A DNA stretch of 64,000 nucleotides, taken from NCBI RefSeq assembly GCF_036321535.1, contig NC_087436.1, forward strand, positions 4,650,001 through 4,714,000, given 5' to 3'. Made by a program: the position numbers and the translations under genes. Below are positions 39,457 through 51,923 of this stretch, piece after piece; positions within the stretch are counted from its first letter, which is position 1, and each line of letters starts with the position of its first letter. The notes under the pieces are model-generated. The model had not been told where the DNA came from and did not search any database. It worked only from the letters and a program-made list of their open reading frames with translations. The stretch is from Camelus dromedarius. Its lineage: Eukaryota.

Positions 39457-39604
39457 CAGGAAGCAGGAAGGGGACGCATCCACACAGCTGCTCTATGTGC
39501 CGAGCTTTGCATTCCTTCAGGCACCCACAGGTGCTGTATGTCCTGAAATTCTGCAGCTGGATGTGAGGGTTGCATTCTCCCCAAGGGTATTCTTGATGCA
39601 CTGT
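39457..39604 (-). CDS. ASIC5: ASIC5 exon 6 (thumb), TVHQEYPWGECNPHIQLQNFRTYSTCGCLKECKARHIEQLCGCVPFLLP(G)
   Basis: Manual translation, PWGEC and CGC motifs; cttaag| and G|gtaaat; 148 nt. Confidence 0.96.
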
Positions 39605-40523
39605 CTTAAGACAAAGTCAACACATGGTTGAGGAGATTTTTCTGAGCTCACTCACGCACCTCCTCCCCAAGAAGAGATACACATCTTCACTTTTCTCTCG
39701 AAGGTCACTGATTTTTTTTTTTCCAGTTGACTGCATTTGTGTATTTTGCCTACTCTGTTAACCTGAAAATCCCTGGAAGTGAGTCTAATCGTTGGCCTTT
39801 AACACACATCCCAACTGCTCTGTGCCTGCAGTGAGTCGATAAAATCAGACCGACTGCTCTAAAAATTAACTCCCACAAGGAAAAGTGGTATCCTTTATGG
39901 AAATGATATTTTAGCATCTCACTCAACCCACGCACAAACCAGCAACCAAAATCACAGAGAAAACCCTGCACTGAGGACCTACTGTGTGCCAGGCAGGATG
40001 CTTAGCGCTTTCTTCGTGTCATTTCACTTGAATTTCCTGATAGCTGTGAAAGGAAGTACCCCCCACCTCCCAGTGTGCAAATAAACGTCCCCTGCTCCGC
40101 AGCCCCCAGTGTGCAGAGAGGAGATGGAAATTCGGGAGGTGAATCGAGGAAGTTACAGGGCAGGGATCTGGCAAGTGGAAACCAGCCAGACACTTCTGAC
40201 CCCAGAAACCCTGCTCCTCCTGCAGACTTTCTCCTTCTCGAATGCCCCTCTGAGAAAACGCACAGTTCAGCCCCCTGGGCATTTCCTCAGACACTGTCCC
40301 TTCCAACTGGAATGACAGTCAAAGTGTAGCTGGACTTGGTGAGGCTGCCAGCGTTCAGTTATATTGTGCATGTGAATTCACTGTTTCATGACATGTGAGC
40401 CTCCCTGTAAGGGATCTGAATGGAACTATGGAATTTCTGGGGTGTCAGAAGGCCTGGGAGAAGGGTGTGTCCACGCAGAGGCATTAGGGATGTCCCTCGG
40501 GCACTGCGTCTGCAGACGCTCAC

Positions 40524-40673
40524 CTTCACCTGGCGGATGGTCACCCGCGCGTGCGTCCCCACTGGCGACAACAAGCCTAAGCCGTCCAGCTGTGGCACCT
40601 TCACGGGCGAATGGATCGCAAAGACGATCCCAGCATCCACAAAACCAAGGGTGGGGTCATCCGTGAATTCCTC
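40524..40673 (-). CDS. ASIC5: ASIC5 exon 5, EEFTDDPTLGFVDAGIVFAIHSPVKVPQLDGLGLLSPVGTHARVTIRQVK
   Basis: ORF 40386..40718; tttcag| and AAG|gtgagc; 150 nt. Confidence 0.97.
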
Positions 40674-41169
40674 CTGAAACCAAAATGTGCTTCTTGTCAA
40701 ACTGCAAGTAGACGTCAATGCTGCATGATTTTAAGATTGCATGTGGTCATCTCAGGAGAGCACTTGCCTTGCTTAAAATCAGGTATCTCGTATCAGGATG
40801 CCATCTCTTTTTATAGGAAAGCGGCGAAAGTTAAACCCCTAAGACATACTTTTCAAGGCTGATTCCCACTTCTAAGCTTGGAAGGTTTCACACGGATGTT
40901 TGTCACCTTAGGGGGCAGTCACAATGCACATCATGACTGCTCCTCGCCTGATGTCCCCGGGCCTCTCCTCCCCTGCTTGCCTGCAGTTGCTTCCTCCTTG
41001 GCTGTTCTCTTTGCTTCATTTGCTTTACAAAATTATTCACCCCACTTCTTCTCTTTGCAACAAAAATATCTGGTCTTACTTAAAAGGCAATTCATTTTCC
41101 CACAAAAGTGAAGACTCACACTACTTCCTTAATGCTTTTATGGGAAAATGAATTTAAGTTTTACAAAAC

Positions 41170-41820
41170 AATTTTTTAAATCATTTTTTAGTTGATTTAC
41201 AATGTTGTTAGTTTCTGATGTACAGCACAGTGATTCAGTCATACATACATATCAATTCTTTTTCAGTTTCTTTTCCATTATATGTTATTACAAGTTACTG
41301 AATGTAGTTGCCTGTGCTCTACAGTAGGGTCTTGTAGTTTATCTAGTTTATATACAGTAGTGTGTCTGCAAACCCCAAAGTCCTAATCTCTCCCTCCCCT
41401 CCCATTTCCCCTGGGGAGCCACAAGTTTGTTTTCTATGTCTGCGTATCTGTCTCTGTTTTGTAAATAAATTCATTTGTGCCATTTTTCAGACTCCACATA
41501 TAGGTGATATTATTTGATGTTTTTTTCTCTGACTTAACTTCATGTAGTATGATAATCTCTAGGTCCATCCACACTGCTACAAATAGCATTATTTCATTCT
41601 TTTTATGATTGAGTAGTATTCCATTACATACATACATATATATATATATATGTATGTATGTCACATCTTCTTTATCCAGTCATCTGTTGATGGACATTTG
41701 GGTTGTTTCCATTCCTTTTATGCCCAGGAGTGGGATTGCTGGATCACATGGTAGGTCTATTTTCAGTTTTTTAAGGAACCTCCATACTGTCCTCCACAGT
41801 GGCTACACCAATTTACTATT
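41170..41820 (-). mobile_element. 5'-truncated L1 3' end
   Basis: Same family as 25100-25765; ORF 41434..41664 has L1-like EIMLFVAVWMDLEIIILHEV. Confidence 0.9.
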
Positions 41821-43117
41821 TACATATACCAAGATTTTCTATAAACCTTCTGTCAGATGAGCCAATTTAAGACTAAACTTCTGGTGCCTTTGCTATTAGC
41901 TGTGATTTCAGGCCACAAGGAGGGGGAGTGGCCTTGCGAATGGGGTGGTTTTTCTTGTCAATGAGTCAACTGCACATGAGATTGCATTTAATAAATATGC
42001 TTCATCTTGCATCTGAAACTCCGGACCCTATTTCCCCTGGTCCTGTCATGACCCTCCAAGGAACACTTAACTGGCTAGTCTGGAGAAATATTTCAGTTCT
42101 ATTTACTTGTGGAATGTTGCGTTGAATTTGCGGATTTTAATTGTATTCTAAAAATATTTGAGAAACTTCAGCTTGTAAAATTAATCATATAAAATTCAAA
42201 GTGACCATCTGGCTAATTCTTAAATAACATGAAAATATTGATGAAGTAGACACAGGAGCAGGGTACCTGCACTGCTTCTGAACATGAAGGAAAGTGTCTT
42301 GAATGGATGCAGGTGGCAGTTACGAAGCACACCTTAAGAGAGATTCCTGGCATGTAACCAGTGGCTTTGTTCACTAGGATTGGGGAGGTGGGTACCTTGC
42401 TGGAATTCAGGGAGGCTAGTTTTATTTCTCATCTTTGCCATCAATTTCTTGTGATTTTGGATACTTCATTCAACAGCATTTCAGACTTTTTGTTTACAAA
42501 ACCGAATACCTCTAAGTGTGTAATGCTAGAAATGATTGTGCAAGACAGAAGGTAAGAATTAACCTTGGGTGAGAGCTCTACCAGGAACTCCTGAAGCGAA
42601 CACCACTGCATTCTCAGGTGTCTGGACACATGCTTCCTTAGAACTTCTTGGACCAACGACACACAGAGCTAGGCAAAGTCCAGTAACACAACACTTTTGC
42701 AAAGCAAGTTTGTCATCAGCGTTTTGGAGTATGGATCCTAGGACTTGCCAAATGTCTGTGTATGGCTTCTTTCTAAACATATTACCTAAAACCTAAGAAT
42801 TATTTTTAAAATGCATAAGGTTGTCTTAAATGAACTATGTGCATTCTGATTTAGAAATCTCTAGTTTCCTTGTTTTGTGGCATGAACATTTCCAGAGTCC
42901 TAATGATGATAGTAAGTAGTACAGCTAAAACTATCCAGGTTCTGCCTCTCAGTTGTGCCTTTTTAATCTCTAAGCCAGTAGTTTGTTCATCCATAAGACT
43001 CTTGGCTAAACTAACAAAAAATGAACTCATGAGAACATCTCCCAAGACAAACGGTTCTGAAACTCCCACACATTGTTCCTGTCCTGAACCCTGGTTCAGT
43101 TTAAGAAAATTCAATAC

Positions 43118-43243
43118 CTGATTGATGTTGAAGAGCAAGCTTAAGCCTCTTCCAGAAACTCCCACTTTTCCCTTTGCTTGGAGGTTGTCGCCATGATTAA
43201 AAGTAAAACAGTTTCCATATTCAGTGAAGACGTGCACAAAGTC
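43118..43243 (-). CDS. ASIC5: ASIC5 exon 4, DFVHVFTEYGNCFTFNHGDNLQAKGKVGVSGRGLSLLFNINQ
   Basis: ORF 42851..43237; YGNCFTFN motif; tttgag| acceptor, CAG|gtattg donor; 126 nt. Confidence 0.95.
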
Positions 43244-43867
43244 CTCAAATACGAAAATAAACCGAAGAAACTACAATCAGCGGGGTGCTCTGGCCACTTT
43301 GGAAGTTTGCATTGCTCTAAAATTCTTTTCTTAATCACAGGGCCTGAAGTGAGAATGAAGAAACAGCAGAAAACACGGCTCACCTGGCCCTTTGGGTTTG
43401 TATCCAGTAACAGTTGTTGGGTTTCGTAAGCCACACTTGTCAATCTGTGCAGGAGTATCTAATTGAGACATTTTCATGCACAGATGGCTCCTGAGCAACA
43501 GGGGAGTGACCTGCATGGGTCCCTTGTTTTCAATAAATGTGCACTAAGTACTCCCCGATCCGGGGTTGGTTGACTCCTTGGCAGGATATAGACAAATGGA
43601 TAAGGTTTTCCTTCCAGAAGGACTATCACCAGAGATGTCTGTTCCCTATTTTTCCCTTTCAAACTGCTTGAAAAAGGCAGTATGTCTCACGTGTATGCTA
43701 TGCCCCTGGTATCATAAGGCTGAACTAATGAAATATAATGAAATATAATCTTTGGTTGATCAAATGCAGACTGATTCTCCATAGGAGTAAACTTTATCTC
43801 AGTGTGAAATGGTGCAATGAAGTAGCTTATTATATTGACGGTATTTGAAGAAATATGGAATCCTTAC

Positions 43868-44105
43868 CTCTGGGCCACATGGCTTTCCAAAGAAGTCGCA
43901 TTCTAACAAAGTGCTCCTGTTGAGATAAAAACCTTTTTTCTTGACGAACTCCGTAATGCTGAAGTTTTGGTGACTTGCGAGAAAATCAATAGCCTCTTTA
44001 GAGCCAGTGGAATTGGTACTGATTTCTTGAAGATGAAGGACTTTGGATACAATGTGCCATAAGAAAAAAATAATGCCAAATTTGGTGGCAGCTTCTGTCT
44101 GGAAC
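43868..44105 (-). CDS. ASIC5: ASIC5 exon 3, FQTEAATKFGIIFFLWHIVSKVLHLQEIS...LLECDFFGKPCGPE
   Basis: Manual translation, open frame; taatag| and GAG|gtaagg; 238 nt. Confidence 0.96.
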
Positions 44106-44419
44106 CTATTAGTGGAGATAAAGGCGGTATTTAGAGGACTCTAGCAGACCATGCCTGGACCCCGTCGTCTCTTCCATCTTATCTCCTCATTTATAATACT
44201 GTGATAAAAAACAGGTCCCTAAGAGGTCTTTGTCGCCTTCTGTAAACTACCTTGTGTTTCTGCACATTGTTTCATTTGCCTAGAATGCCTCCCAGCCCTT
44301 GATCTGGGTACTTCTAAAGGGACCTTCAGGACCCAACATCAAGAGTGGTGGGAATGGGTCACTGCTAAGAATGAGGACTTAGGAGCAGACTTCTAGGTTC
44401 AAATCCAAGCTGGACCGGA

Positions 44420-44616
44420 GGTGGTGACACACATCTACCTTCCTTCTAATCGCCAGTCCTGCTGACTTCGGGTCCAGCCCCAGAAACAGAGGCAGCAGAC
44501 CTACAAGGACTTCTTTCCAGCCCCTGTGATTTAGTGGGGCTCAGCCCCCATGATACATTCTTTATGCTTTGTCCCTCATGGTGGTTCTGCTCGTCTGATC
44601 AAGGCCTGATTTTTAC
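44420..44616 (+). mobile_element. MLT2-like LTR 3' fragment nested in a MIR
   Basis: Ends tggttctgctcgtctgatcaaggcctgatttttaca; MIR-like ggttcaaatcc flank. Confidence 0.45.
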
Positions 44617-44984
44617 AGCCACTTCACAGGGTGACTTAGTACATATTTTCGTTTCACTGTGACTCAGGGTCCTCATGTGTAAATCTAGTGTATGTTAATA
44701 TATGGTACACATCATTCCACTGGTAGGTTTTAATATATCCCATCTCAAAATGTTACTTGTATGGTCAAATTATTTTTTTCCAAAACATTTAGAAGAGTGC
44801 CTGGAATATGGTGAGTGTAAGGCAAATATTTATTCAATAAATGCCTCTTTATTGTCAAAGTGACTTCTTGGCAGTTAAAGTAGAAGTAGTCCGTTTGCTT
44901 AATAAGTACTTTGTTATTTTATTTTGCTGAGCAATTTCTGCCTTGCATTATGTATGGTTCTTTATTTTCATAACTTACATTTCT

Positions 44985-45810
44985 TTTATTTCTTTTTTAT
45001 TTTTTTAATTGACGTGTATAGTCAGTTACAGTGTGTCAGTTTCCAGTGTACAGCATAATGTTTCAGTCATCCATATACATACCTGTATTCCTTTTCATAC
45101 TCTTTTTCATTATAGGTTATTATAAGATATTGAATATAGTTCTCTGTGCTATACAGAAGAAGTTTGGTTTCTTAAATCTATTTTTATATATAGTGGTTAA
45201 CATTTGCAAATCTCAAACTCCCAAATTTATCCCTTCCCATCCCCTTCCCCCACTAACCATAAGATTGTTTACCATGTCTGTGAGTCTGTTTCTGTTTTGT
45301 AGATGAGTTCAGTAGTGTCCTCTTTTTTCTTATTTTAAATTTCACATATGAGTGATATCATATGATATTTTTCTTTCGCTATCTGACTTAACTTCACTTA
45401 GAATGACGATCTCCAGCTCCATCCATATTGCTGCAATATTTTATTCTTTGTTATGGCTGAGTAGTATTCCATTGTATAAATACACCACAACTTCTTTATC
45501 CATTTGCAAACATTTTCTCCCACTCCATAGGCTGTCATTTTGTTTTGTTTATGGTTTCCTTTGCCGAGCAAAAGCATATAAGTTTATTTAGGTCCCATTT
45601 GCTTATTTTTGCTTTTATTTCTATTGCCTGGATAGACTGCCCTGGGAAAACATTGCTAAGATTTGTGTCAGAAAATGTTTCACCTATATTTTCTTCTAGG
45701 AGGTTTAGTGTCTTGCCTTATGTTTACGTCTTTAAGCCATTTTGAGTTTATGTAAATCAATGAAGTTAGAACACTCTCTCACACCATACACAAAAATAAA
45801 CTCAAAAAGG
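44985..45810 (-). mobile_element. L1 3' end with internal deletion and short 5' inversion
   Basis: Antisense L1 to about 45751, then sense ORF2 piece aaatcaatgaagttagaacactctctcacaccatacacaaaaataaactcaaaa. Confidence 0.85.
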
Positions 45811-46899
45811 CCCATTTTTAAATCAAGTTGCTTCTTTTCTAATTTTTAAGGTTTAATCACTCTTTGTATGTTCTTGATGAGTTCTTTACCAGATACATCT
45901 TTTGCAATTATTTTTCTCATTCTGTGGGTTGTCTTTTCATTCTCTTCAGTTCTGTTGTCTTTAATAATATCCTGGGGCATAAGTTGCTTCAGCGTGTAAG
46001 GTAGTTAAATTTGGGCCTTTTCACAGCAGATTTTCAGACCAGTCTTCGAACATTCTTCTGACCCCAGGAGGACTCCTCTTTCTTGGATTCCCACTGTAAA
46101 ACTAGCTAGGCTGTGGTTTATCTTGTTCTTTTTATGGACTTACTAGCCTCATTTTGGTTGTTTACCATCAACATCTGTGGTGTTTTTGAGAGCACCCTTG
46201 GACTTGAGCTTTACAAGTTCTCTGTTACAGGCCAAGGCGAACTTCGCCACGCTCTGTTCTAAGCGGAATTCCCTTAGGGAGAGCCTCATGGCCTGCCTTT
46301 CCCTCCAGGCAAAATATTTACAAGGAGGGTTCTGAGCAGGGGTGTGGCATATGGTCTTCTGACTTTGTCTCTCTCAGTGCAGAACCTCCATCCTTGGGCA
46401 GGTGGAGATGAGGGTGATTATTTCAACCTACCACACCCTAGATAGAGCTTCTGCCTCATAAGCAGGGGTCCCTTAAGGAAGGGAGCCTCCAGCCGCCTAA
46501 CTGTACTCGTCTGGAATTCAGCCTCTGCGACACAGAGAGGGATTGGATGGGGAATGTTGGCAGCCTGCATCCGCCAAGGCACAGGGAGCCCTCGACTGGA
46601 AACTGGGAGGAGAAGGAGCCCCGTCTTCCTGGTCAAACCCACCTGGAGTGGAGCTTCTGTCACACTGAGACAGAAACGGGGAAGGAAGGAGTGGTTTGTG
46701 ACTCAAGTTCTGTAGACTCTGCATGTTCTTGTTGCAATTGCATGCATTTTCTTGAGTAAGTATTTCTGCATTCTCTGTATCCCCTGAGGACAATTTCCAG
46801 ATACTTTAAGTGGTTGTGTATACATGCACACATATATATATGTACACTTTATGATATTCTAATTATTGTAGTAGATATAATAATTTTCTCTTTTTTCTG

Positions 46900-47830
46900 C
46901 TAAATTTTAAAAAGGGTTACCTCCTGTGATAAGAATACTTAGCAGATCGGTCCTCCTAACATTGGAAGTGTGCAGTGCAGTGAAGCTGAGTGTGGGTACA
47001 GTGCTCTACAGCACATCTCTAGAACTCATGCGTCCTAATTAACTGAAACTCTGTGCCCTTTGACCAGAAACTCCTTGCTTCCATTACCCTCGGCCCCAGG
47101 CCCTGGCAGCCACATTGCACTCTGTGGCGCTATGAATTTGACTATATCCAACACCTCACATAAGTGCAGTCACGCAGTATGTGCATTTCTGTTACTGGCT
47201 TATTTAACTTAGCATAACATCCTGAAGGTTGATGCACATGGTCTCATTTTACAGAATTTCCTTTGTTCTAACAGCTGAATACTATTCCACTTTGTGCACA
47301 TTCGACTTTTCTTTTGTCCATTTGTCTGCCAGTGTGCATGTAGATTGTGTCTAGATCTTAGGCAATGCCTATGGGAGTGTTAATATCTTTTCAAGATCCT
47401 GATTTGAATTCTTTTGGATAAAGACTTAGGAGTGAGATTGCTAGATCATATGGTAGATCTATTTTCAATTTCCTAAGGAACCTCCATCCCGCTTTCCGTA
47501 GCAGATGCACCATTTTGCATTCCCACCAACAGTGTGCAAGGGTTCCAAGGTTTTTACATCCTCCTCAACATTTGTTGTCCTTTTGTTTTTTTGATAATGG
47601 CCGTCTGATAGGTGTGAGGTGATATCTAATTGTGGTGTTGATTTGCATTTTTCTGATGCTTTGTGACCCTGAGCATTTTTTCATATACCTGCTGGCCATT
47701 TGTAAGCCTTCTTTGGAACAGTGTCTATTCAAGTCTTGAGTACATTTTAAATTGAGTTCTTAGGAGTTTTGTTTTTGTTTTGTGCTATTGAGTTGTAGGA
47801 ACTCCTTCTATATTTTGGTGATTAACTTCT
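46900..47830 (-). mobile_element. Old L1M 3' fragment
   Basis: gagtgagattgctagatcatatggtag...ccattttgcattcccaccaacagtgtgcaagggttcc. Confidence 0.85.
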
Positions 47831-49262
47831 AAATGGTTGATTTTTTTAAATAAAATTCACCAATTATGGTTGTTTCTCTGGGAAAAGACCTCTGAGGGCC
47901 CTCATACCGCCATTCACAAAATAACACAGGCCTTTCCCTTTAATGAAGGATATTTTCAACGAATCTTTGCTTTTTTTAATGGCTATGGATTCTTTTTTTT
48001 TTTTTTTAACACCTTTATTGTGTTATGGTTCCTGTAAACTACACATATTTCAGATGTGTAATCTGATGGATTTTGATAGGTGTATATACACCAATGAAAC
48101 CACTACCACAATCAAGATAGCTAGCATTTCCATCACTCTAACCAATCTTTGCTTTCGTTAGAACACATACCATTTAAAATACCATGGGGCAATAGCATTG
48201 AAACTCTTTAGGGAGGCATTTGATTGACTCTTTGGGACCTTGATATATACCTTGATACATATCTAACGACCACACAAACAAGCTGTAGTATCTAGTGCAT
48301 ATTGAACACCTGTCCAAAGAACTCCCAGGATGGCACAACTGGTGTCTGTATCACCTCATCTCACGGAACAGCAAACGTGTAATGTAGATGACATCATGTC
48401 ATTTCTTACCTACACAAATTGATGCTTAAAAAGCTGTAATGACTGGCCGATGGTCAAAATAGCCCATTAGTGGTGGATCTGAAGGAAACCACGTCCCTGC
48501 CCCAAGGCGCACCTCCTACCTGTGGTTGTTCAAGTTGACCACAGGCGGTTACAAGGCTCTTCATGGAAGATCTCGTGTGGGAAGGCTGCCCTCCCCACAG
48601 GAGACCTGGCGCACAGGCAGCAAACTGCACTCTTCTGGAGGGAGCTGTGGTCAAGGCCCCCCAAACAGCAGAGCACTGAACCAAGTGCGTGCACAGGTCA
48701 CACACCCTGGGAGCTGGCTGTGCTTCTCTTTGAGTAAGTACCTTGTCCCGAACACATCAGAGATCTCATGTCTCCATCCTTTGCACAGCGGTTCCCTCTT
48801 GGTCCCCCCTGCACACTGGTCATCCTTTGACACCCAGACTTCCAGGACATAGACAGAGACTGTCCCCTGTCCTCTGTTCTCTCAGAGCCCCTGCACACAC
48901 CTTGAGTGTAACGAACAGTTACCACACATATCGCCTTGTGATTACTGATATTTCTTTCCTTTTTACTAATTAACAAGCTTTTTAAATGCAAGGATGAAGA
49001 CTTATACATCTGTGTAACCACAGGGTTTGGTGCTTTGCCTAGCATAAAATTGTGGGAGGAAAGAAAGAAGGAAAAGAGGGAAAATAAAGAAGAAATCAGT
49101 CAGCTTCTTTGCCCCTGAATGTGTGTTTTTAAGGACAATATAAGAACTTCAGTAGTCTTATGTATATTAAATATCACATAATAAACTCTATTTCAGTCAT
49201 CCAAGAAAAGTTATACTAGTGAAGTTATGGAGACTTGTTATTATTGAAAGAGTAGTTTTTAC

Positions 49263-49569
49263 CTGTTTAAATTGCAAAACGTCACAGCCGGGAACTCTAT
49301 ATTTTCCACGTACTGAACCTCCACGGACGTTGTGGTGGGCCAGGTGAAATAGTTGATCAGGCGACCGTAGATCTGCCAGACCAGCAGCAAGACCGAGCCC
49401 AGGACCACCGCCAACCAGACCACCTTGCGAATTTTGCTCCGGTTGTGGACAATGTTGTGTACACCATGGAAGGAAGTGGAGGTGGCAAAGTCGTGGTCCA
49501 GCTTCTCTCGGTCACTGGGAGATGATAGAGATTTCTCTGAAAGGTAGAGCCTTATCTTTTGCAAGAGTC
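49263..49569 (-). CDS. ASIC5: ASIC5 exon 2 (HG motif, TM1, FPAVTFCN)
   Basis: ORF 49259..49564 with STSFHGVHNI and EFPAVTFCNLNR ENaC/DEG motifs; ctcag| and AG|gtaaaa; 307 nt. Confidence 0.97.
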
Positions 49570-50569
49570 CTGAGATTTAAAAATAATAAAACAAACAAAA
49601 AGGTAATGAGTTAGGAAACCCTAATGCTACATGCGAAAAACAAGACCCACGTAAGTTTAAACATGTTACCCTTTTATGTGCCTGCATGAGGACTCAGAAT
49701 TCACCTTGAGTTGCATGGCTCATTTGGGGTCAAGAAATAGAAGTGCTGACTGCAGGGGTCTAATGAGAACATGCCGATGCTCTTCAGAGGATGCTTCTTG
49801 CTGATGCAAACCTCTTGGCGCCATCGTCTTAATGTGCTGGTGTTTTCGGTTTCAATCAATCCACCCTGAATGGGTTGCTTTCGACAGCTCTTAATCTTTA
49901 AAAACTTAGCTTCTGGCCCAGGCACAGTGACATGTGCTACTTTAGCCAATTTTTCAATCTTCCTAAGACTCCGTTTCTCTTCTGTCAGATGGAAGTAACA
50001 GCCTCTGCCTCACGAGTTTGTTGTGAATATTAAATGAATGGGTGGGTGGCTTAGCATGTTACCCGGGCCAGGACAGATCCTCAATTCCTATTAGATATTT
50101 TGTCACTCTGCTCATTTAGTAGTGATGTGATAAATGGCAAAATACTCAAGGATTTTTAAACACTGTCTAAAATTCTCATCTAAGAGTTGAGTTCTTAATG
50201 GTCTCACAAATGCTGGTAACTTGGTGAATTAACTTGTATATCCTTTACTTCAATTCAGAAAGTATTGTTTCTGTCAACTGCTCAGCATGAATGCACTTCT
50301 AAAGGGTTTCATTAAATCATCATCTAATATTTCATAAGTCTAGTCAATTAGCTAAAGTTAAGTCATGAGATATATAGTGATACATACAAGATATATACGT
50401 TTCCTAAGGGACTCCGTTTCATCTGCAAAGTGCTGGGACGCAGTTACAAATTATATTCTGATTATTTTATAGAGGCTGTACACCAAGCAGGAAATTGTGT
50501 GTTAATCTGGTTAGCTTGACTTTGAACTAAGATTTTATACTTGCTCCCCATACTGGGTTCTTAAAAATT

Positions 50570-50885
50570 TAATTTTTATTTTTTATTGAAGTGTAGTCAA
50601 TTTACAATGCTAGCTTCAGGTGTACAGCAAAGCGACTCAGTTATACATGTACATACATATGTATTTTTCATATTCTTTTGTATTACATGTTATTACAAAA
50701 AACTGAATACAGTTTCCTGTGCTATAAAATAGGCCCTTGTTGTTTATCTATTTTATATACAGTAGTGTGTGTCTGCTAATCGCAAACTCCTAACCCATCC
50801 CTCTCAGCTCCTTTCCCTCTTGGTAACCACAGTTTTTCTTCTTTTTTCTGTGAGTCTGGTTCTGGTTTGTAAATAAAATTTGCAT
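50570..50885 (-). mobile_element. L1 3' UTR fragment
   Basis: ttttattgaagtgtagtcaatttacaatg...tgtaaataaa, same family as the other young L1 ends. Confidence 0.8.
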
Positions 50886-51803
50886 ATACTGATTTTTAAA
50901 AAAAAAAATGAATTAAGAGATATATATGTATAAAGTAACTGCACAGTCCCAGAGCAAAATCAGAAATGTAAGAAAAGTTATGGTTATTATCCATAAGCAA
51001 AATAAATTTAATAATGCTCTTTTATGTATAATTTAGCCACTGGCTACAAAGACCTGTGAAGAACTGAGTCTGACAGAAGGCCAACCCGGCCTCTCGGTAT
51101 CTGACACCCTTCCCACCACAATGGAAGAGTAAATGAGTCATCAGTAATTGATCAGCCAAAGTATGGCTGGTTGGAAGCATTACCCTGAAAATATAGATTT
51201 CAAGTTGATCTGTCAAGACCCAGCTCCTTGAATATAAATTTACTCCTTGACGATTACCTTGGCTTTCCCGGCATGTTCTCAATCACTTGCTAAGGGTTTC
51301 GAAAGAGTTCTTAAAACAATATTGTTTTAGGTGGAAGGTGAAGAGACAAGGTGATGTGCTGTTGGGGAGATCAGGATTGGTGTAACGCAGAGCCTGCCAG
51401 CCTGCGAGCCGGCGACGCCTCACCCTCCCGGCTGGAAGTGTGTACTATGCAATCACAGCCAGTGCTCTGGAACTGAACCCTCTTCTTCACAGAAGCACTT
51501 CGGGGAACATGAAACAAGTTCTGCTGTATTTTAAACCGAAAACTGTAGGCACATGATAAATAGAAACCAACAAAACGCAACAAAATAAAACCAAAAGGCA
51601 GCCTAGCATGGAGTAACACTGTGAAACTACATACACGCGACTCCCTCGTACACATTACTCTCCTGCTGTTACTCATACTATACCCGAGCAATATCGGAGA
51701 TCAAATTTCCACAGTGACAAATAGAAGTCCCCTTTCTGTTGCTAATTTCTAGCTTTTAGGGATGCAAATTGTAACTGTTCTGGGGATTTTACCCTTTACC
51801 CAC

Positions 51804-51843
51804 CTTCTCCAACATGAGCTTTTGATTTCTCAGTATGCTCCAT
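51804..51843 (-). CDS. ASIC5: ASIC5 exon 1 coding part, MEHTEKSKAHVGE(G)
   Basis: Reverse complement ATG GAG CAT ACT GAG AAA TCA AAA..., like recalled MEQTEKSK; G|gtgggt donor; 40 nt. Confidence 0.92.
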
Positions 51844-51910
51844 TTCCAGTTTCAGCAAGCTGGAGTCCTGGTGGTGTAACCAATTTTCGTCAGTAACTGT
51901 ACTCATTTTG

Positions 51911-51923
51911 TGACCTTTATATA
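51911..51923 (-). promoter_or_regulatory. ASIC5 TATA box (TATATAAA) overlapping AAAGGTCA
   Basis: Minus strand reads TTTTATATAAAGGTCA, 73-80 nt upstream of the ATG. Confidence 0.65.

Noticed and set aside
51787..51803. Alternative GT donors at +4 and +11 after ASIC5 exon 1
   Set aside because: Both frameshift; no support from sequence alone
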